From the NCBI RefSeq assembly GCF_006345805.1, contig NC_042999.1, forward strand, positions 172,112,001 to 172,176,000: 64,000 nucleotides of DNA, in the 5' to 3' direction. Each line of letters begins with the position of its first letter. Positions within the stretch are counted from its first letter, which is position 1. Source of the stretch: Octopus sinensis. Taxonomy: Eukaryota. The notes under the pieces were generated by a model that saw only the letters and a list, made by a program, of their open reading frames with translations, did no database searches and was not told where the DNA came from. Of the stretch, positions 58,011 to 64,000 are shown piece after piece. The translations under genes were made by a program, and so were the position numbers.

Positions 58011-59254
58011 CCGGGTGGGGAAGCAAAATTTACAATATATTGAGGCAGGGATTGAAAGACAGTGTATGACCAATTAGTTTATTGAAAGTCATGATAATTT
58101 ATTCGCCACAAGAAAATTTATATAATAGAAAATGTTTTTATTCTATGAGTCCTCCTTCTTTCTCAACAACTGCCTTCACACGCTTCCTGAAACTTGCACA
58201 AGTATTTCTCAAATATTCGGGAGACAACTTCCCCCATTCTTCTTTAATAGCATCTTTAAGAGAGTCGATATTGCTGTGTCATGTTCTATTGGTGGCATCT
58301 TCTAAAACGCCCCAAATAGCGTAATCTAGAGGGTTTTGATCTGGGCTAGAAGGCGGCCATAAACATGATTCCAAAAAATTGCTGGAGCACCAGCCTATGT
58401 CCATACATAATTAGCATATGGGTAGTTTGCATTAAGCCATGGCAATACCTGGTATCTCAGAGTCTTGTAGTAAGTATTAATATTGATCTTTTCATTAGCT
58501 TTGTAGAATTTTATAGGCATTTTCTTTCCATCGGAAGCCACAACACCAAATGCCATAACTTGAGCAGGATGTTTTATTTTGAATGTCCCCTTAACCTCAG
58601 CTGTTGAGTTTGCAATAAATCCGTCATTCCTGCGGTTCAGAACAGCATCAACAGGGAAGATCTTTTCATCTGAAAAGATCGTTACAATGGAGGATATTTT
58701 CTTGAACCATGAAATAATTTTCTTGCACCTTTCCAATCTCTTTTCCTTCATAGCTGTTGTCAACAAGTGTTTCGGTGTTTCTGTGTAAGATTTTAACCTC
58801 AAATCATATTTTGCTGCATTTCTAAAGGTCTTGTTGTCTACCTGAAGTTCAATTGCCATTTTCCTCATGGATTTGATTGGATCTTTTAGGATTTGGGATT
58901 TGAGAGCTGTAATAAAAGCTTTGGTACGTTTTTTGTTGATTGCTCCCCTTCCAGACTTCCTCGTAATAGTTTTGCTCATAGTCATTTTATTCTTTACATT
59001 ATAAACAATCGTTATGGGCACTTCAACTATTCTTGAAATCTCCTTTGGTGTGACGAGTGCATTCAGGAAATCACACACTCTTTGACTATTACTTTCCTGA
59101 TTACTCATATGGGCAAAAGTTTCTGAAAAGCTAAGGATAATAGTATTAGGTATGATTATGACATCGATATATGCTACGTTTCAAAACAATTGACTTAGTG
59201 CGTGCTGAGAAAAAACAACTTAACTTTCATTGTGAATTTCGGTTCCCCACCCTG
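58011..59254 (-). mobile_element. Tc1/mariner (DDxD type) transposon with both TIRs
   Basis: 26-bp TIRs CCGGGTGGGGAAGCAAAATTTACAAT / CAGGGTGGGGAACCGAAATTCACAAT (4 mismatches); TA on both sides. Confidence 0.92.
58130..59108 (-). pseudogene. Tc1/mariner transposase pseudogene
   Basis: HTH, IFSDEKIF, YVWT*AGAPA (QDGAPA destroyed), then deletion/frameshift, WPPSSPDQNPLDYAIWGVLE. Confidence 0.9.
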
Positions 59255-59268
59255 TATATGTATATATA

Positions 59269-59647
59269 CGCTCTTCGACAGAAAGAGAAACGACAATAGG
59301 AAAAAGGAGAAAGTACAGGACGTTTAGAAAAGTCCAAAAGGTTCAAACGTCGTGGTGTATTGGAGCGATTTCTCATCAAAGGATGAGTTCAGTGTAACCC
59401 ATGGGTAGGAGAAGTGCAGCCGAAGTATGGGAGTCGGAGTTTACATGAAATTCCACGTAGAGAATCCATGTAGAATAGTCCAAGAAAAGTTTGAAGTGGA
59501 GGTGGAGACAGGATAAAACTGGTGCGAGCACGTGTGCGTGTAAAATATAGTGAGAATTTATAAAATAAGCAAAAGACGAACATGGATATGCAAACAACGC
59601 ACATATGTATTAGCTTAACGCTCGGGAAGTGAGAAAGTCTTATACGT
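59269..59647 (-). mobile_element. Permuted H3 unit between two half hammerhead-like motifs
   Basis: Minus strand starts ACGUA-UAAGACUUUCUCACUUCCCGAGCG and ends CUUU CUGUCGA A GAGCG; YFGCTSPTHGLH loosely resembles the Penelope C-terminal LGTLxPxGLN. Confidence 0.55.
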
Positions 59648-62154
59648 ATATTTAGGCAAAATTGTAAAAACTTATAAAATGGACGGCTATGCAATATTCA
59701 CTGTCAAGTGTTAAATATCCTTTGTAGACGTGGAATGCTCGCTCGTACGTTTATAAAAAGATACAAACACATACAAACACACACACACACTCACATACAT
59801 ATATATATATATATAGATAGATAGATAGATATAGATATATCGTTTTTGTTTGCAATCCAGTTGGGATGCGAATATATGTGGGCATGTGTGACTGTATGAT
59901 GTATTTCCTTCGAGTATGTCTCTTGCTAATACAAGTTTCGCTAGTATATATACAGGTTATAGCTGAAAAAATATATAATTTGCATTTAAATGTATAGGTC
60001 TGTTGACGCATATGTTGATGTTAGAGCGAAAATGTGATAAATGGGAATACGAATGAAAAATAAAAAAGAATTAAAATACAGGTAAGAAATAAGAAAAGGA
60101 AACAGAAGCAACAGGTGTGTAGAAAGTAAGAGAAAAACAAAGAAAAAGAAGAGAAAATGCAGGGTATGTTTTGCTGGGGGAATGAAGATGGGTAGACGAG
60201 TATCCGAATGGTCAAAGTATTCAATGGAAAATCAAATGGAAAAAAAATACCAGGTGTGCAGATAACTGGACGTTCGAACCAGGTACGGGAAGAAATAGAT
60301 AGATGAATAAAAAAAAAATGAAATGCTTAAAATATATGGCAGCCCAAATGAAAAGTAAAGAATTTCGGCAGGAAGGGTACTGATTTTGCGGAATGATCAG
60401 AGGTAAAAATCGGAGGTGGCAACGATGCCATAAAATGTCATAAAATACCAAAGATGTCATAAAATGGCATAAACAAATTAGAAAAATGATTCAAAACATA
60501 TTAATGAAATGAAGAAAACCTTGAAAATGTCGGAAATGTATTGAAGAAATGTTGAAAAACTTGACAAATAAAATGAATGAAGTTCAAAGAGAAAAATACA
60601 TTAGCAACAGAAGTACTGTTTTACAATGATGGTCACAAATGCAACAATTGTAGTTTGAGTCACAGATAAAATTATATGAAATAAAAAAAATATGATAATG
60701 ACATCAACGTATCAATGAAGAAAATAATTACAGTTATATAAATAAATAAAATTATATCGACATATATTGAAAACAATTATAGAGAAATTTTCGAAAACTA
60801 TTCTGAGAATATTTAGAAAATGAATAGTTGAAAGATTATAAAACGAATAAAGAAACGTAAAAGTAAATATAAAGGAAATATAACAACAGTAGAACGAAAG
60901 AATAACTGCGAAAAATAGAATTGAAGGACAGAATGACAGAGCAGGTACAAAATAAAAACCAGGATGTACAACTGGAAACATATTTACCTTAGTAAATGAG
61001 TTGATGACGAAGGGGGTGTGTAGAATAAGCGACGGGAATGATAGTTATGTATCAGTATTTGATATCGGATGATAGTAAGAAAGATAATCATAATAAGTAG
61101 CTATAAATATAACAAATAGACACAGTAAAAAAAAAAGAATTATAAGAATTAAATACATTATTTGTGGTGTAAAAATAGGTGGGTTTGTTAGAAGATATAA
61201 TGATGCTGTCGAAATTTCGTATATGTAAGTAATGGATCCTAAAGCGGGCCATATTTTTGTAGCGGATGTAAGCACTACAACGTACATCGATTTCAGTAGT
61301 GGTGGGTGAGGAAGAGATCAAATTACTAATAAACATGGAGGTGACAATAGTACTGTTAGTACTAGTAAACATAATGGCTTAAAGGATATTGTTTTTTATA
61401 ACAAGGCTGAATGCAGTACGGTATTTTAGTGACCTCTTAGAGATGTCCGATCTCATAGTTAATTCAAACCGGTTTGCTTAATTTTGTGTTAGTGGTATGC
61501 TTCAATACTTACATGCAGAAAATTAGCGCATGAAGGCAAGGGCAAGATGTTTCCTCTCTTGAGTTCATGATGTTAGTAGCAGACAAAATATTATTTTTTA
61601 AAACATTAGATAACATCGTGTCGCCAACTTTATTGAAGCTTTTGTTAGAAGTCTCTACTTAATGGTAATGTAGTCTATGCTGTTGCCCTTCGGATGCCAG
61701 ATATAATGAGACATTATATATGATTGTTAGATAAAACGGATCTTAAAAGTATTTTCTGTGAATCAGATATAGTTTTGCCTTGACTCCATTGTTCTAGGTG
61801 ACATCTTTCTAGAGTATTTATTATCGAGGAGGCATGGTGACATGTTTCTACATTTACAGAATCTTGGGGCTAGATTTAAATTGATAGAATATGTTGTTCC
61901 CTTGTTGCAATTCAATATTTGCAGTTCTGTATTAACTAGGCAGTTATAACCGATCTGGATTGTATTCTTATTCAGTATTTTGTTATATTTATGTGGACTG
62001 AAAGAGAAGAAGGGTGTAGGGAATTTGGTTATGTTTATTGTTTGATACTATTCAATATGATTTTATTGATAACTATCAGTCCAATTGCCATGAAGTTACC
62101 TTTGAAATTCTGAACATATCTCTAAAACAGTACCCGTGTTTTATTCATTGGTAC

Positions 62155-62194
62155 GTTTCAGCCCCAATGATGTGGTCATGCTGGAGTGCCATTT
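62155..62194 (-). mobile_element. Isolated CR1/L2-type or SINE A 3' tail
   Basis: Minus strand AAATGGCACTCCAGCATGACCACA..GCTGAAAC. Confidence 0.55.
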
Positions 62195-63295
62195 AGATTT
62201 TTGATTTTCATTTTCTTTTCCTTCAATACATTCTCATTGTCATGCCTTTCTATTTTTAAATATTTTAAATGTTTCGTAATATTTTTGAATATTTATTTAT
62301 TTATTTATTTATCCAATGTGTCAACTTACAAATATTCACATTTTCATAAAGTATTTGCTTAACCCCATTGAATTTTATCTCTCATTTTACTACAGTTCCA
62401 ACCAATGCGAATCTATGACACTCACCAATCCTCTAAATTAACTTATCTCTTGTTGAAAATTTCATTCTTTTCATTTTAACTCTCTTGTCATTTTATATGC
62501 TTTTATAATTTTATATATTCATTTATTTTTATTTTCTTATCACAAATTTCAAAGTTCATTCAGCGATTCATTTGCTATGTATAGTATTGGACTTTTGCCT
62601 TTAATTTTTGACCAATCTAGTACCGATCCACACTACGTATTTTCCCCATAAGCACACCATTTCTTTCATCTTTCTCATTTTGTACTCTCTGTTTTATTTC
62701 GGCTTACTTCAATTTTTTAACATTTCTTCTATTTTTATCGTTTCATTCTCTTCCTTTTATCCTAAATTTTCTCTTCTTTAATTTCTGTTTGTTTCTTCTT
62801 TTACACTAATCACTACATCTTCTCTTCAACGTCATACACTACGAAATGTATACAAAATATAGATGTGCAAATTCTACAAGATTTCAGTTGTAACTCACTT
62901 GAAAATTTTGTACACACACTGACGAAACTCAGAGAAGAAAGAGACTGACTCGAAAAAAATCAAATATACTGTTAATGTATACTATATTATTAAGTAGTCA
63001 TCTTTACTGCAGTCAACAATAAACATATATACAGATATTACATGGGTGTGTAGGGATAACATTATCCAGGCGGGTACCGTTGTACCTCTTCCTCATATTC
63101 CAAGTTATGGCTAACCGTATGATGTAGTACTAAGCGTCAATAATCAGGAAGTATTAGCAATCTAGCTACAAATCTTCCGATGGGCAACTTCGGGTTGTCT
63201 TTCTGAATAACATCGGGAGTGTAGATTTAAAACATTTATAAACGATACAGGTACATCTTCAATAATTTTACAAATGGTCATACAGTATAATTCTT

Positions 63296-63349
<54 letters not shown>

Positions 63350-63437
63350 CACACACACACATATATATATATACACACAAATATTTATGTATATATGTAT
63401 ACATATATATACACATATATATGTATATATATATAGT

Positions 63438-63557
63438 TATAGCTGTGTGTTAAGAAGCTTGCTTCCTAACCACATGATTCCGGATTCAGGTCCACAGTGT
63501 GGCAGCTTAGCTAAGTATCGTCTACTATCGCCTCAGGCCGACCAAATCCTTGTGAGA
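63438..63557 (+). mobile_element. SINE family A head
   Basis: Colinear with ~7170-7285. Confidence 0.82.
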
Positions 63558-64000
63558 CAGCTAGCTGCTGAAGTCTACCGGCGAGTACTTAAACGTAGTT
63601 GGAATTCCTCACGTCATCCGTTTTAAATAATACAATTTTATCATAAAAATGAACAATTTAAGAATATCATTTAGAAATTTTCGCAATTTTTGTTTTAACT
63701 CGAAGGCGTGTTCGCGCAATTCAGCTGTTACTTAACGACGTTCGGTAAATTCCGTAAAAAATTTTTATTTATTTTCTGAGTGGAAATCTACATTTTGTTT
63801 GAAGTCAAGATAAAGTGAAAGAGATTGGAAATGAACATGGACGTGTATATGTGTTGACGGGGGATACGAGACAGAACGTGTGTATTGTTTGTGTATGTGA
63901 GACAGAAAGAGAGAGAGAGAGGGAGGGAGTGTGACAGCGTGCAATTTTTTATTTATTTTTCTCGCATCTTTTTGTAGTGAATGTGAGTGATTGACTAAGA

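Noticed and set aside
61400-61900. Possible Penelope RT relic on the minus strand
   Set aside because: Only a faint resemblance to the QxxGTAMG region; too decayed to call by eye.

Overview
AT-rich eukaryotic DNA, intronic or intergenic, saturated with microsatellites and transposons, with one 100-N gap (2339-2438). The SINE and repeat families resemble those I recall from Octopus, so a cephalopod origin is an inference. Almost all tracked ORFs are microsatellite or transposon artefacts. Transposons recognised: CR1/L2-group, RTE and R4/Dong LINE fragments; three tRNA-derived SINE families; three Tc1/mariner relics; and a full-length 3.7-kb hAT whose transposase is one base from intact. Main hidden signals: (1) several unrelated Penelope-type repeat families carry minimal type I hammerhead ribozymes. 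One copy is essentially complete (35702-35744), one family has a fixed non-canonical CUGUYGA core, and a tRNA-headed element with a hammerhead-remnant tail appears split by a Dong insertion. (2) A branch point, polypyrimidine tract and AG|GTAAGT, followed by a second donor 32 nt later (57474-57544), match recursive-splice-site/RS-exon architecture. (3) A candidate host exon resembles an IRS/Dok-type PTB domain. All calls are by eye, and degraded-element boundaries are approximate.
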